DNA from: Hypanus sabinus
Lineage: Eukaryota
Assembly (NCBI RefSeq): GCF_030144855.1
Contig: NC_082731.1
Location: forward strand, 23,932,001 to 23,996,000
Reading direction: 5' to 3'
Length of the DNA: 64,000 nt
Part shown: piece by piece, positions 25,255 to 38,061 of the stretch
How positions within the stretch are numbered: the first letter of the stretch is position 1
Layout of the letters: every line of letters begins with the position of its first letter
Position numbers and translations under genes: made by a program
Notes under the pieces: generated by a model
Seen by the model: the letters and a program-made list of their open reading frames with translations, nothing else
Databases searched by the model: none
What the model was told of the DNA's origin: nothing

Positions 25255-25779
25255 GTTGCGCGCCTGGAGTATGAACGTGAAAATCTCCATGTCTACCCTT
25301 AAAGAAACATTGCAGAAGCAGCACCGTGAGTTCATATGGCAGTAGACATTTTGAAGTAAAAATATTAACGCGGATTTTGCTAAAGGAAATTGCGGTTGAT
25401 AAGTTTAATTGAAAGCATTGCAGGCAAAATTCTGCTGCAGTCTACCTAAATCCGCTGATGGTCAATATACTGCATAAATGCTTAAAGAGATTCTCTTTAT
25501 ATTTCGTATCTTTGATGAGCTCCTTTCTAATAAAGTTTGCTATAGTTTTCATTTTACAAGCATTTATGATGCAAACGTTGTCTAATGCACGTAGCACACA
25601 CATCATATGACTGTATCATTTTATCAACAGTATTCAGCATAAGATGTTAATGTGGAAGAGTGAACGGTAAATGGTTAACCTTACTACGACTTTGTCTTCA
25701 TTAGCTTCTGTTTAACTTGGATTTTAGTCAGAGTTTCGACACCCTGCTAGAGAATATTACAGTGAAAAGACGGAATCAT

Positions 25780-28700
25780 TAGATGTTCGACAACTGGCAT
25801 GATGGTTTCACGATCAAGCACCAAGTCGTTTGCATCCAGCTACAAGAACAGTTGGACTTCGGCCAGTGTGGCGGCACTCGCAAGAGCTTAAGCAGAAGCA
25901 GCCAAGGTGCGAGCGTCATACGCTAACCAAGAGGAGAAACTGAAAATGTAAATGGCCGCTAGAGGTGTGGAGCATATAACAAAAGACGCACAAATCCAGA
26001 TTGAAACAATTTCCAGAGAAGCGGAAGAACATTTGGAAAAGGCAAGGATAGATGCAGAGTCAGAATTGCTGACGTGAAGCTGATGCAGCCGTTCTAGATG
26101 AAACAGGAAAATCTATATCAGAATGGGCTAAATTGGAACGCAGCGGTGAACACGTCCAATCTCAAATTTACCTAGAGTTCCATTCTCCCTCTCCATACCT
26201 GCCTGTTGGTGTCCCAGACCATGCAAAATCACAGGGAAACTTTGTTGCATCGCGCCCAACTGCGGAGGAGAACTCACAATCGTAACCTTGCTAAAAACTC
26301 AGCTATGAAAGGACTGACTACAAATACTTCCCTACACCAAACCTACGAGAACGGGCGAGATCAGAGAGAAAGTCTGAAGTCAGAATATCAAATCCAAGCA
26401 TGGACGTACACGGTCAGTCATATGTCATCCAACATATTCCTCCAGCTAGAATGCCACCTGCAGCAAAACCCTGGACGCAGTATTTAGCGCGAAGAGTCCA
26501 AGTCGATTCAGGACTGTACCAGTTTGATGACAAGCCTGAAAATTACCGTGCGTGGTACGACTCATTCACCAGTTAAGCCGGCGGAGGTCAGCTCACAATA
26601 ACCCAAGAGATGGACCTTATGACGAAGGGACTGGGAAAGGAATCAACAGAACAGGTGAAACGCATACACTCAGAGTACGTCACAAACCCTAATCCAGCCT
26701 TTCACAAAGCATGGGAGAGACTTTGGGGCTGCTAGTCGACTCCGAAATTATTGAGTGGAAGCTATCTCAATGGCTGGACAATCTTCTTAGAGCTAAAGCC
26801 ACCAGCCACACTAAATTAAGAAAACTCGAAGATTTACTCTTGAACATCGACGGTGCTAAAGAAGTCGGCTATTTAACAGGACTGCCTTATTTGGATATTT
26901 CACGTAGAATTGGTCCAATTGTGGACAAACTTCCATTTGGGCTTCAGAAAAGGTGAGTGTCTATTGCATCAAGGAAGAAGAAAGAGAACATGTTCGATTC
27001 ACACCCTTTGAGTATTTTAGGTTTGTATGAAATGGGGCGAAGAAGCGAAACGATACAAGCTTCATAAATCAAGGTAGCACCACAGCTCACATGAAACCAG
27101 TCAAATCTGTTTTGAACAGCTTTGACATCAATTAATCCGTCTCAGTGTGCAAAACCAAAGTTTCCACAACTAACGATGACCCTAGATAGAATTGTCCATT
27201 GAACAACAAACCACACCTCTTCAAAATGCAAAAGGATTAGAAACGAACCCTTTGACGAAAGAAAGGACCTTCTCAGTTAAAAACGAATATGCTTTATGTG
27301 CTGCTCATCGACTGCCCACATCGATAAAGAGTGTACGTTCCCTGTAAATCGTTTACCTTAGACCTTTCTCTGTCATCGCAGAAACATATATCAGGAAGGC
27401 AGAAGGCTTCCAGCTCGAGTCTATCGATGGTAGAATTATCATCTATCAACCTCCAATCTTAGAGTGCAATGAGATATTGAATAACCGATCAGAGATTGCA
27501 ACGCCAAGCGCAATTCTACACCATCCCCATCTCCACCACATTGCCAAGCATATCCGAGAACTGGATCGAGAAGCAGAAATATTCCTGCAACTCGGAAGAG
27601 AAGTACTTAGGGTGCACAAATTCATGCAGCAGATCAATGGAACACACAACACACGCTTCGCCCAAGGTCTGGATCTGCGCTGGGTGTTGATGGGGAGGTG
27701 TGCCTTGGCAACGTACAGAAACCAACAGTTAATACGTTCAGCACTGCCGTGCTAGACCTGGCATGGGCAAACTACGGCCCGGGGGCCATATGCGGCCCGT
27801 TAAGCTTTTTAATCCGGCCCGCAGAACTTGTTGAAATTATATTAATAAACCTTGTTAACGTTTTCCCCCGCAATTCTGGCGTTTTCCCAATAGATGACGC
27901 ACTCTATATATATTGACCTTTGTTGAGGTGCAGCGTATTACTCCACATTTGCGCTTTGCTCTTTGTTCGGCTCGACCTATTTGTGGGAACAGGCGTTCAG
28001 CGTCATGAACATCAACAAAGCCAGCCACAGATCCAAATTAACTGACCAACATCTCAGGTCCATCCTGAGAATCGCCACAACATAACGAAATCCAGACTTT
28101 GATGCGCTGGCTAAAAAGGGAGACCAACAACACTGTCCCCACTGAAATGAAAAATAAGTTTCTTCGTTGTGTTATGTAAAAAATGCATTTGAAAATATTT
28201 TTTTCAATAAGCCTTACATGTTACATGTCATTTCTGTTAAGTGATGGACATGAACAGGTGCAGGTGCACGTACATTTTCAAAATAAAAAATGCGCTCCTG
28301 ATCAAATAACGCACTCCACATACAGGCGCGCTGTCACTGTTCTGTCATTGGGCTGGTCGTTGTTGAGTATTGGCACAGGGGACCATTGAATAAGAAGGAC
28401 AAGTAGACCTGCATCTCCTACCGTTTTTGAAATAAAGACAATCAGGAGGAGAGTGATGATGATAATATCTTGAAGGATAACAGAATTTTCAGTGCTTTAA
28501 AATAATAACTGTTACTATTACAAAAAGTTGTATTTTATTCATTTAATTTTCAGTGTTTTAAAAGTCATTTCAATAAATAGCTAAATGCCATGGGACTTCA
28601 AAGACAGATATTTTGTTATAATGCATTTGTTCATTTTCAATTGAACTTAAAGCACATGTTTTCTACATATCCCATGATATTTTATTTTCTCTTATGAGGT

Positions 28701-30010
28701 GTATTACCAAAACACTCCGTCCATCTGCTCTTGGTCCAGCCCCCCTGTCAAATTTTAGAACCCTTTGTGGCCCACAAGTCAAAAAGTTTGCCCACCCCTG
28801 TGCTAGACAGTGGCCGCCATTCAATCTTTCAGCCCTGCACTGCCGTGAAGTGTATGAAGGATGCACAACAAAAGCACAACCATAGTAAATTAACTGAGAA
28901 GTCACTGAGGCAGTCAGTCTCCGCTCAAACTGAGCACACCAATAAACTTGTTCCATTATGGAATATGCCATCTTCTAAAAAAATACTGGTCACAATGGTC
29001 TTTAAAGACGAAGCAAATAACAGATCGCCCCACTACCGTTCAGCAAATCCAGCCAGCCCTAGCAGAAAAACCACGAACAGGCTTCGTTGGAGGCCATCCC
29101 ACCATCTGAAGGTGCTCAAGTGATCAGAGACATAGATCTAGTTGGAGAAACAATACCCACGCAGAAGAGTTTCGGTCACCATTCGGAGATCAGGACCAAC
29201 ACATTCACGTTCTTCGTGCCGACGACAATCAAACCGTTCCTCCGTCGTGGATATTTTTTCTCCAATGTCAACAGTGTTTTCGATTCTCTCTGTCTACTAA
29301 CGCCGGTAACGGTCCAGGGAAGAGCCCACCTCCGAGCTCTCCGAATGGGATACTCCACTAACAGAAGACAGGCTAAGCAGATAGGAAGCTTGGAGAGTTT
29401 CTGTTCGAGACCTAAGACAGCATCATGTCCCACATAGTGTTACCCGCTCTTGGAAACCAGCCAAAGGAATATAACGCACACACGATGAAAAGTAGATTGG
29501 TCACGACAAGGAGGAACGAGCACAATACTTTGACAACCTGTTGTCCAGTTAAAAGTAAATTGGTGAAATGGCCCATACTTTACTGATTGGAAAAGAAGAC
29601 ACAGGGACACGCTCACTGGCAGATCCTTTGAACTGTGATGGTGATGCTATCAATGTCAGTAGCCAAAATCAATTGGGCCAGCAGATTACTACGCAATGCA
29701 AGCATGGAAGTGACCTTTATGTTGTTAGTAGTCCCATCCACACGGATCGGGAAGTACAACATGGAGACAATGAACTGTGTACAATGCGCATCAATGGCAA
29801 AAGATCGTCTTCAGCAAATGCTTGTATCTGCCAAAGTGAAGATGCCATTTATTCACTGGGTGGGAAACACGTCGGGATACAGCTTCCTGTGTTGTCATTA
29901 TTGTGTGATCTGTGATAATGTATGTGTAGAAACGAATCAGCTGGAGAGTGCAGTGTCTTTTGCTATTGGCGTTAACTTTAATGGAACTATCTATCCACTG
30001 GCGGGGTAAA
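25780..30010 (+). mobile_element. Degraded BEL/Pao LTR retrotransposon internal region (gag-pol remnants)
   Basis: AEAAKVRASYA; GLYQFDDKPENYRAWYDSF; YLD..IGPIVDKLPFGLQ; Cys/His knuckle remnants; LGREVLRVHK..NG..FAQGLDLRWV; KPFLRRG..VNSVFD.L.LLTPVTVQG. Many frameshifts. Confidence 0.82.
27758..28800 (+). mobile_element. Non-autonomous hAT DNA transposon (SPIN/OC1/Charlie-like) nested in the BEL element
   Basis: 8-bp TSD TGCTAGAC at 27750-27757 and 28801-28808. 16-bp TIRs CTGGCATGGGCAAACT / AGTTTGCCCACCCCTG (13/16 match). Internal hAT C-terminal remnant LFGSTYLWEQAFSVMNINK..RSKLTDQHLRSILRI. Confidence 0.92.
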
Positions 30011-31006
30011 GAATGAACTGGATATTTTTTTTAAACAAACTCTCAAGGTCCGGACCGGGAGGTCCGCTTTTCGGTTGCCTATGCGGTTCAACGATCCTTA
30101 TTCCGTGATTTCCTGTTTCTCTGATACCATTGGGTGCCTTAATTGAGCACTCTGATTCTCTTTTTGGGCTAGCTCCATAAATAGCGTCGGGATACAGTTT
30201 CAGGCTGATTGACTGTTCCCTTCTTTCCTCTTTCCAGCTGAAGACTTGCCTGCAACCTACGTCTGAAGCCTAGCTTATCCAGGAGTACATCGCTCATCCC
30301 AGGAGATCTTCACCCAGTTCAGGAACACCTCGCCCAGCCCGCGGCTGAAGATTCCTCGTCCTGTGCTGGATCGCCCCATCAGAATACTCGGCAGTTTACC
30401 ACGGCAAGCATCCCGGACCTGCGTCCTAGAAACGGTACCTGCCCTGCGAAAGAATTCCGGCCGGCATCTTATTAATAGTCGCGGTCCTGCGCTCCTATTA
30501 GGAGTCCCAACTCCGTACCCAAGAGCCTGACCAAGCCCACTCCAAGATCTGAGCTAAATCTGTCTCAAGCGGTTTAAAGTAATTAATTGAAGAGAGATCA
30601 ATTGATGCTTTGTAATTGTAATTTAGAAAGGGTGTGTTGCCCTTAAGGCATTTCTCTAACTTTAAAAAATTTCCGCTTTAAATAATGTTGTTATAACTAT
30701 TTTCAGTTTACAATTAAAGGTCTTTTGGAAGAGGACAGCGAGGCTTGAGAGGAAGTGCGGCGGCGGCCATTTTCAAATTGTCCAATTGCTTCTCAGATCG
30801 GAGTTCTGAGAGGCGAGACTGCGCAGGCGCGTGAAGGAGGCCCGGGAAGGAGGCAAGATATATAAAGAACGCCGCCTTAAGAAGCGGGCAGCTTCGTTTG
30901 CGGGCAGCGGAGTGCGCCGGGAGCAGAGTGTCGGGCTTGGGCTCAGAGGGCTTAGGCGGGAGAGGGCACAGTAGGCTTATCTTTTAGTTCTTGTGTTTTC
31001 ACTTAT

Positions 31007-31945
31007 TTGGGAGGTATGAGTGTGAGGGCAGCTTGTTGTTCTCGGTGTCGGATGTGGGAGATCCTGGAGTCTCCGAGCCTCCCGGACGTCCACATCTGCG
31101 CCAGGTGCGCCGATCTACAGCTCCTGAGGGACCGAGTTAGGGAACTGGAGCTGCAGCTCGATGACCTTCGCCTGGTCAGGGAGAGTGAGGAGGTGATAGA
31201 GAGGAGATACAGGCAGGTGGTCACTCCGGGACCACGGGAAGCAGATAGGTGGGTTACAGTCAGGAAGGGGAAGAAGCAGGTACTAGAGAGTACCCCCGTG
31301 GTTGTAACCCTTGACAATAAGTACTCATGTTTGAGTACTGTAGGGGAGGGACAGCCTACCTGGTGGGACTGACAGTGGCCGAGCCTCCGGCACAGAGGAC
31401 GGCCCTGTAGCTCAGAAGGGTAGGGTTAGAAGAAAGAGGTCCATAGTAATAGGGGACTCAATAGTCAGGGGCTCAGACAGGCGTTTCTGAGGAGGTGACC
31501 GGGAGTCCCGGATGGTAATTTGCCTCCCTTGTGCCAGGGTTCGGGACGTTTCTGATCGCGTCCAAAATATCCTGAAGCGGGAGGGTGAAGAGCCAGAGGT
31601 CGTGGTACATGTAGGTACCAATGACATAGGAAGGAAAGGGGAAGAGGTCCTGAAACGAGAGTATAGGGAGTTAGGAAGGCTGTTAAGAAGAAGGACCGCA
31701 AAGGTAGTTATCTCGGGATTATTGCCTGTGCCACGCGACAGTGAGAGTAGGAATAGAATTAGGTGGAGGATGAATGCGTGGCGGTGGGATTGGAGCAGGG
31801 GGCAGGGATTCAAGTTTCTGGATCATTGGGACCTCTTCTGGGGCAGTGTGACCTGTTCAAGAAGGACGGGTTGCACTTGAATCGTGGGGGGACCAATATC
31901 CTAGCGGGGAGGTTTGCTAGGGCTACAGGGCGGACTTTAAACTAG
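31007..31945 (+). pseudogene. CR1 ORF1 (CxxC zinc finger, coiled coil, SGNH esterase), disrupted
   Basis: CCSRCRMWE..HICARC..LRDRVRELELQL; VIGDSIVRG; VVVHVGTNDIG; KKDGLHLN. It is split across frames. Confidence 0.88.
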
Positions 31946-32149
31946 TAAGATGGGAGGGCGGGAGACTATTTGAGGAGACTATGGGAGAGGAGGTTAGTTC
32001 ACCAGTGGAGCAAGTAAATAGACAGTGTGTGAGGGAGGAAAGGCAGGTGATGGAGAAGGGATGCGGTCAGCCCGAAGATGTAGGGGAGAAGAAAGAAAAG
32101 GATAATAAATTTGAATGCATTGTTAGGGATGGAAAGAGAGGAGGAGACG

Positions 32150-34946
32150 GAGAGTATCTTAAATGTATCTATTTTAATGCTAGGAGCATTGTAAGAATGG
32201 ATGACCTTAAATCGTGGATTGATACCTGGAATTATGATGTTGTAGCTATTAGTGAAATATGGTTGCAGGAAGGTTGTGTTTGGCAACTAAATATTCCTGG
32301 ATTTAGTTGCTTCAGGTGTGATAGAGTAGGGGGGGCCAGAGGAGGAGGTATTGCATTGCTTGTCCGAGAAAATCTTATGGCGGTGCTTTGGAAGGATAGA
32401 TAAGTGAGCTCCTCTAGGGAGGCCATTTGGGTGGAATTGCAGAATGGGAAAGGTGCAGTAACACTGATAGGAGTGTATTATAGGCCAGCTAATGGGGCGC
32501 GTGAGTTGGAAGAGCAAATGTGTAAGGAGAAAGCAGATATTTGTAGTAAACACAAGGTGGTGATTGTGGGAGATTTTTATTTTCCACACGTAGACTGGGA
32601 AGCTCATTCTGTAAAAGGGCTGGATGGTTTAGAGTTTGTGAAATGTGTGCAGTATAGTTTTTTGCAACAATACATAGAATTACCGACTAGAGATGGGGCA
32701 GTGTTGGATCTCCTGTGAGGGAATGCGATAGGTCAGCTGACAGATGTATGTGTTGGGGAGCATTTCGGGTCCAGTGATCACAATAGCGTTAGCTTCAATA
32801 TAATTATGGGGAAGGACAGGACTGGACCTAGAGTTTGATTGGAGAAAGGCTAATTTTGAGGGGATGCGAAGGGATTTAGAGAGAGTGGATTGGGTCAAGT
32901 TGTTTTATGGGAAGGATGTAATAGAGAAATGGAGGTCATTTAAGGGTGAAATTATGAGGGTGCAGAATCTTTATGTTCCTGTTAGGGTGAAAGGAAAGTT
33001 GAAAGGTTTGAGAGCACCATGGTTTTCAAGGGATATTAGAAATTTGGTTCAGAAAAAGATGGATGTCTACAATAGCTATAGGCAGCATGGAGTAAAGGAA
33101 TTGCTCGAGGAATATAAAGAATGTAAAAGGAATCTTAAGAAAGAGATTAGAAAAGCTAAACGAAGATACGAGGTTGGTTTGGCAAATAAGGTGAAAGTAA
33201 ATCCGGAAGGTTTCTACAGTTATATTAAAAGCAAGAGGATAGTGAGGGATAAAATTGGCCCCTTAGAGAATCAGAGTGGTCAGCTATGTGTGGAACCGAA
33301 GGAGATGGGGGAGATTTTGAATGATTTCTTCTCTTCGGTATTCACTAAGGAGAAGGATATTGAATTGTCTCAGGTGTGGGAAAGAAGTAAGGAAGTTATG
33401 GAACCTATGACAATTAAAGAGGTGGAGGTACTGGCGTTTTTAAGAAATTTAAAAGTGGATAAATCTCCGGGTCCTGACAGGATATTACCCAGGACCTTGA
33501 GGGAAGTTTGTGTAGAAATAGCAGGAGCTCTGACGGAGATTTTTAATATGTCATTAGATTGTGCCGGAGGATTGGCGTATTGCTCATGTGGTTCCATTGT
33601 TTAAAAAGGGTTCTAGAACGAAGCCTAGCAATTATAGACCTGTCAGTTTTACATCAGTGGTGCGTAAATTAATGGAAAGTATACTTAGAGATAGTATTTA
33701 TAATTATCTGGATAGACGAAATCTGATTAGAAGTAGCCAGCATGGATTTGTGCGTGGAAGGTCATGTTTGACAAACCTTATTGAATTTTTTGAAGAAGTT
33801 ACTAGGAATGTTGACGAGGGTAAGGCAGTGGATGTAGTCCATATGGACTTCAGCAAAGCCTTTGACAAAGTTCCACATGGAAGGTTAGTTAAGAAGGTTC
33901 AGTCGTTAGGTATTAATGCTGGAGTAATAAAATGGATTCAACAGTGGCTAGATAGGAGATGCCAGTGAGTAGTGGTGGATAATTGTTTATTGGGGTGGAG
34001 GCCGGTGGCTATCGGGGTGCCTCAGGGATCTGTTTTGGGCCCAATGTTGTTTGTAATATACATAAATGATCTGGATAATGGGGTGGTCAATTGGATTAGT
34101 AAGTATGCCGATGATACTAAGGTAGGAGGTTTTGTGGATAATGAGGTAGATTTTCAGAGCTTGCAGGGAGATTTATGCCGGTTAGAAGAATGGGCTGAAC
34201 GTTGGCAGATGGAGTTTAATGCTGAGAAGTGTGAGGTTCTACAGTTTGACAGGAATAATCCAAATAGAACATACAGAGTAAATGTTAGGGCATTGAGGAA
34301 TGCAGAGGGACAGAGAGATCTAGGAATAACTGTGCATAGTTCCCTGAAAGTGGAGTATCATGTAGATAGGGTGGTGAAGAGGGCTTTTGGAACGCTGGCC
34401 TTTATAAATCAAAGCATTGAGTGCAGAAGTTGGGATGTAATGCTAAAGTGGTACAAGGCATTGGTAAGGCCAAATTTGGAATATTGTGTGCAGTTCTGGT
34501 CACCGAATTATACGAAAGATATCAATAAATTAGAGAGAGTGCAGATACGATTTACTAGGATGTTACCTGGGTTTCAGCAATTAAGTTACAGAGAAAGGTT
34601 GAACAAGTTATGTCTCTATTCATTGGAGAGCAGAATGTTGAGGGGGGATTTGATCGAGGTATTTAAAATTTTGAGAGGGATAGATAGAGTTGACGTGAAC
34701 AGGCTGTTTCCATTGAGAGTAGGGGAGATTCAAACTAGAGGACATAATTTGAGATTTAGGGGGCAGAAGTTTAAGGGAAACACGAGGGGGTATTTCTTTA
34801 CCCAAAGAGTGATAGCTGTGTGGAATGAGCTTCCTGTAGAAGTAGTAGAGGCCAGTTCAGTTGTGCCATTTAAGGGAAAATTGGATAGATATATGGACAG
34901 GAAAGGAGTGGAGGGTTATGGGCTGAGTGCGGGTAGGTGGGACTAG
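32150..34946 (+). pseudogene. CR1 ORF2 (APE endonuclease + reverse transcriptase), disrupted
   Basis: CIYFNARSI, YDVVAISE, GVYYRP, VIVGDF, NYRPVS, QHGF, DFSKAFDKVPH, GVPQGSVLGP, YADD. Stops at ~32401, ~32716 and ~33966, plus frameshifts. Confidence 0.92.
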
Positions 34947-35093
34947 GAGAGATTAAGGGTTCGGCACGGACTAGGAGGGCCAAGATGGCCTGTTTCCGTG
35001 TTGTGATTGTTATATGGTTATATGGTTAATAACCACGTTACAGTCTTACAAACTGCAAAATTAATATGCTATGGTGCATCGCACCCCAGGTGA

Positions 35094-35108
35094 TTACGTC
35101 ACTTCCGG
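35094..35108 (-). promoter_or_regulatory. ETS-CRE composite motif CCGGAAGTGACGTAA
   Basis: Plus strand TTACGTCACTTCCGG, about 120 bp 3' of the V RSS nonamer. Motif match only. Confidence 0.35.
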
Positions 35109-35226
35109 TACGAAGATATTTATTAAATATCCTCATGTACGCAGATTTGCTGAGAATTGCCGTCAACTTCTTAAATTGTTCTCATTGCCGCACTGCTGAA
35201 GACGCCATCTGAAGAGCTCCAGTGGG

Positions 35227-35265
35227 AGTTTTTGTATCATTCGACACCCTGCCTGTTGCACTGTG
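35227..35265 (-). other. 23-spacer RSS of the conventional TCR V alpha/delta
   Basis: Minus strand CACAGTG, 23 nt, ACAAAAACT. Confidence 0.96.
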
Positions 35266-35572
35266 GTTGTCATTGCGCAGAGATACAAGGCAGAGTCAGA
35301 GACAAGGACACCGGAGATGTCTAAATGTAACGTCTTATTTGTTCTCTGATAAACAGCCGAAAAGCGCTTTGAAGCTTGTGCTGACTGTTCTATGGAGCCG
35401 CTGCTGCAAATCCTCAGAATATATCTCGAAGCTTCTGCGGGAGATTGGTAATACCACAAAGCATTGTTACCATCATAAGCATCAGGGTAACTGCAGGACA
35501 GTGTTAAATTTCGTCCTTCTTCAACCATTAACACACGCGGATACTGGGACATTGCATCAACAACAAAGGCTC
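35266..35572 (-). CDS. T-cell receptor V alpha/delta exon, open and apparently functional
   Basis: After CTGCAG acceptor: AFVVDAMSQYPRVLMVEEGRNLTLSCSY...LWYYQSP...RFSAVYQRTNKTLHLDISGVLVSDSALYLCAMT. Cys23, Trp41 and Cys104 are present, with a consensus RSS. Confidence 0.93.
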
Positions 35573-35648
35573 CTGCAGCAGATCAAAAATACAATTATTC
35601 ATCTGCTTGTGAATCAATCCCAAAACCAGCGTTGAAACAGAGACTCAC

Positions 35649-35739
35649 CGGGAACAGCCAGGATAATTATTAGCAACGACAAAACACAGAATATTATTAC
35701 AGAATTAGTAGCAGAGCGTAATGTGGAGAAATGCATCAT
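35649..35739 (-). CDS. Leader exon of the TCR V alpha/delta: MMHFSTLRSATNSVIIFCVLSLLIIILAVP
   Basis: 91-nt open exon with a hydrophobic core, phase-1 donor G|GTGAGT (35648-35643) and a 76-nt intron; in frame with V. The start ATG is uncertain. Confidence 0.85.
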
Positions 35740-36029
35740 GCTGCTGCCTCCAATGCACAGACTATTTTCCTGCATCAGAAGAATGTTATATTATCCAAGA
35801 AAGAAATAAGCGTTTCCGTTGTGTATGATTGGCTGGTATCTCGGAGCCAATATTATTTGAGTGCACCCATGGCATTACATGCTGACTTATTCTCACTCTT
35901 CTCTCCATCCCACCCCCCCCCCCCCTCTGATTTGCTTTTCAGCCTCATTCTTCCTCCATTGTTTATTCTTTTCCCTATAACTCTGATTTGTTTTTGTCTT
36001 TATTATTATTCCTGGTGTGTATTGTGTGT

Positions 36030-36560
36030 CAGGGAGGGGTAGCACCTCTGGTGGGGAACATGTCGTGTCCTTCGTAGGTGGATTGCAAGCTTTGTTCCCC
36101 ACCTAACACTCAGCTCTCACCTGTTGTTCCCGTAGCTGTTTGCATGTGATAGCGGCCACACCACGGTGAACGGCTTCACCAAGGTGGCAAAACCAGGTGA
36201 GGGTAACCGACCGGTCTCAAACCCTTGTTGAGATAGTGAGTTGTCTATCCCTCAATGTGAAGACTGACTGCGGTGGATTGAGCGGACGAGACCAATGAAA
36301 TTTCCAACGGTCAACCAGGCGGTCTCTGCAAGTGTAGTGGAACGTGTAGAGCGGTACAAGGGACAACATACGTCCTGCTCAACCAATGCGCCTAGTCTCA
36401 TCTACACTTATCAGGCCCTTTGTCTTGCCACTGGAATCCAGAAGAAAATCGGGATGAGAGAGTGAGGCTGACGCTGCGCAACCCTCCCTCACGTAAAAAC
36501 AAATCGTGCGCTAGTCTCGACATTGTCATCAACATAACGGTGTCGAAGTCTTCATCGACG
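36030..36560 (+). repeat. Probable interspersed repeat (RTE-type 5' UTR-like)
   Basis: GC-rich block 'gggtagcacctctggtgggga...' that is unlike its flanks. The family assignment is from recall only. Confidence 0.35.
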
Positions 36561-38025
36561 ACGACGTTGGACGAACAAAATTAATATTTCTATCAACACT
36601 CGAAAATTCTGAAGCAACACCGAATTAGACAGCCAGTATAAAGAAAAATAAGCATCCGAATTTCCGGATCGAGACTTTTCATCCTGACAGAAAGAAGTGA
36701 ACCAAATGCTAGTATCCGTGGCGATCAGCAGGATCTGTCTCAGTGATAATAGGATTCATGTGAGACGAGAAGGCAGCAATGCCCTGGAGTCTAATCTTGC
36801 AGAAGACTATGAGAATCTGAGCGTGGACAGAGAGGATGTAAAACAAGAAATCAAATAGGAAAATATAGGTTTCAAGCAATATAAGGAATTACCAGCGAAA
36901 AGAGAGAACTGCGGTTGAGAACACTGATCAGACTGCAGAGTGGTAACTGCAACGCGGAGAAGGAAAGAGACCTGAACAAAAGGGGAAAAAAGGGAATGGA
37001 GAAAACCAGAAGCTTAAAATAAACAAACAGAAAAAAAAAACTATACTTAATTCCGTGATCTTCGAGTTTTCTGATCGGAATATTGGTTGTTCTTCCCAAA
37101 ATATGCAACCAGTTTGCACGTGAAAGCGAAAGAGGCTGCCGATGGAAACACCCTTTTATGGGTCGGAAGTGCAGTTGATACGGTTCTGAACGAGAAGACA
37201 TCGGTTTCCGCAAGTGGTGCAAAGGGGCTTTAAGAAGCGAAGATCAATCTAGGTCATGTTTCAGTGACGCTTATAACGCTGCATAAAACTGCGGAAAACC
37301 TATTACTATAGATGATACAGATGAAATCTGTCTAAACATTTTGGTTATCCCCTCCAGAACCACCAACATTTTAAGTGTTGATTTATACTGAAACGTTGAG
37401 TTTCGTATCTCAATTGCTGACTTAATGCACTATTTTCTATTTTCATTTGAATCAGACAGGACATATTCTATTCAACTTAAAGAAATAAAGAAAATTAATA
37501 CCCTTTTAACATTAGACAATTCTGAAATTAAAAAAAGCTGTGAAGATACATTTACATCAACACAAATGCGATTCAACAGTGCATTCGAGCATTTATAATT
37601 TTGATAAGACGTACAGACCACTAAGCTTAAATGTCAGCAAAATACAGAAAAATATAATAAATAATCAATATAGAAATAAAAGATATCCAACGTCAGAGAG
37701 TAACTCCATGGAACATACACCACCATGATCAGGGCGGGAGGAATAGCAATGCAGTGATATTTAATATTTCGTCATTTCCGACAAACTTAATATAAAATTA
37801 CAGAATTTCTTATCTTTTTTTTTTTTTTGTTACATAATTTCATACATTTGCGCCTTGCATCCTGCTCAGTGAATTCATTCTGGTTGCTCTAGTGAGAAAA
37901 AGAGAATTTTCAGAATGCATGACATTATAAATGCATATATAGGTTGCTGAAAAATTAAACGCAACGGATATGATGTTTAAATGCGTTATTTGTGAGTTCA
38001 TCTGAAGGCTAGAGGTATAAATTAC

Positions 38026-38029
<4 letters not shown>

Positions 38030-38058
<29 letters not shown>
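38030..38058. repeat. (TA)n microsatellite
   Basis: About 14 TA units. Confidence 0.95.

Positions 38059-38061
<3 letters not shown>

Larger units (their letters stand above)
30721..35027 (+). mobile_element. Near full-length CR1 LINE (ORF1 + ORF2), antisense to the TCR genes
   Basis: GC-rich 5' UTR, ORF1 with zinc finger/coiled coil and esterase, ORF2 with APE and RT, and a 3' tail of (TATATGGT)2 at 35011-35026. The 5' end is approximate. Confidence 0.95.

Noticed and set aside
25322-25640. VYC codons followed by a CACGGTG heptamer, at a position paralogous to the 35.3 kb V
   Set aside because: No nonamer at 12 or 23 nt, and the upstream translation (AKSALIFLLQN) is not V-like.
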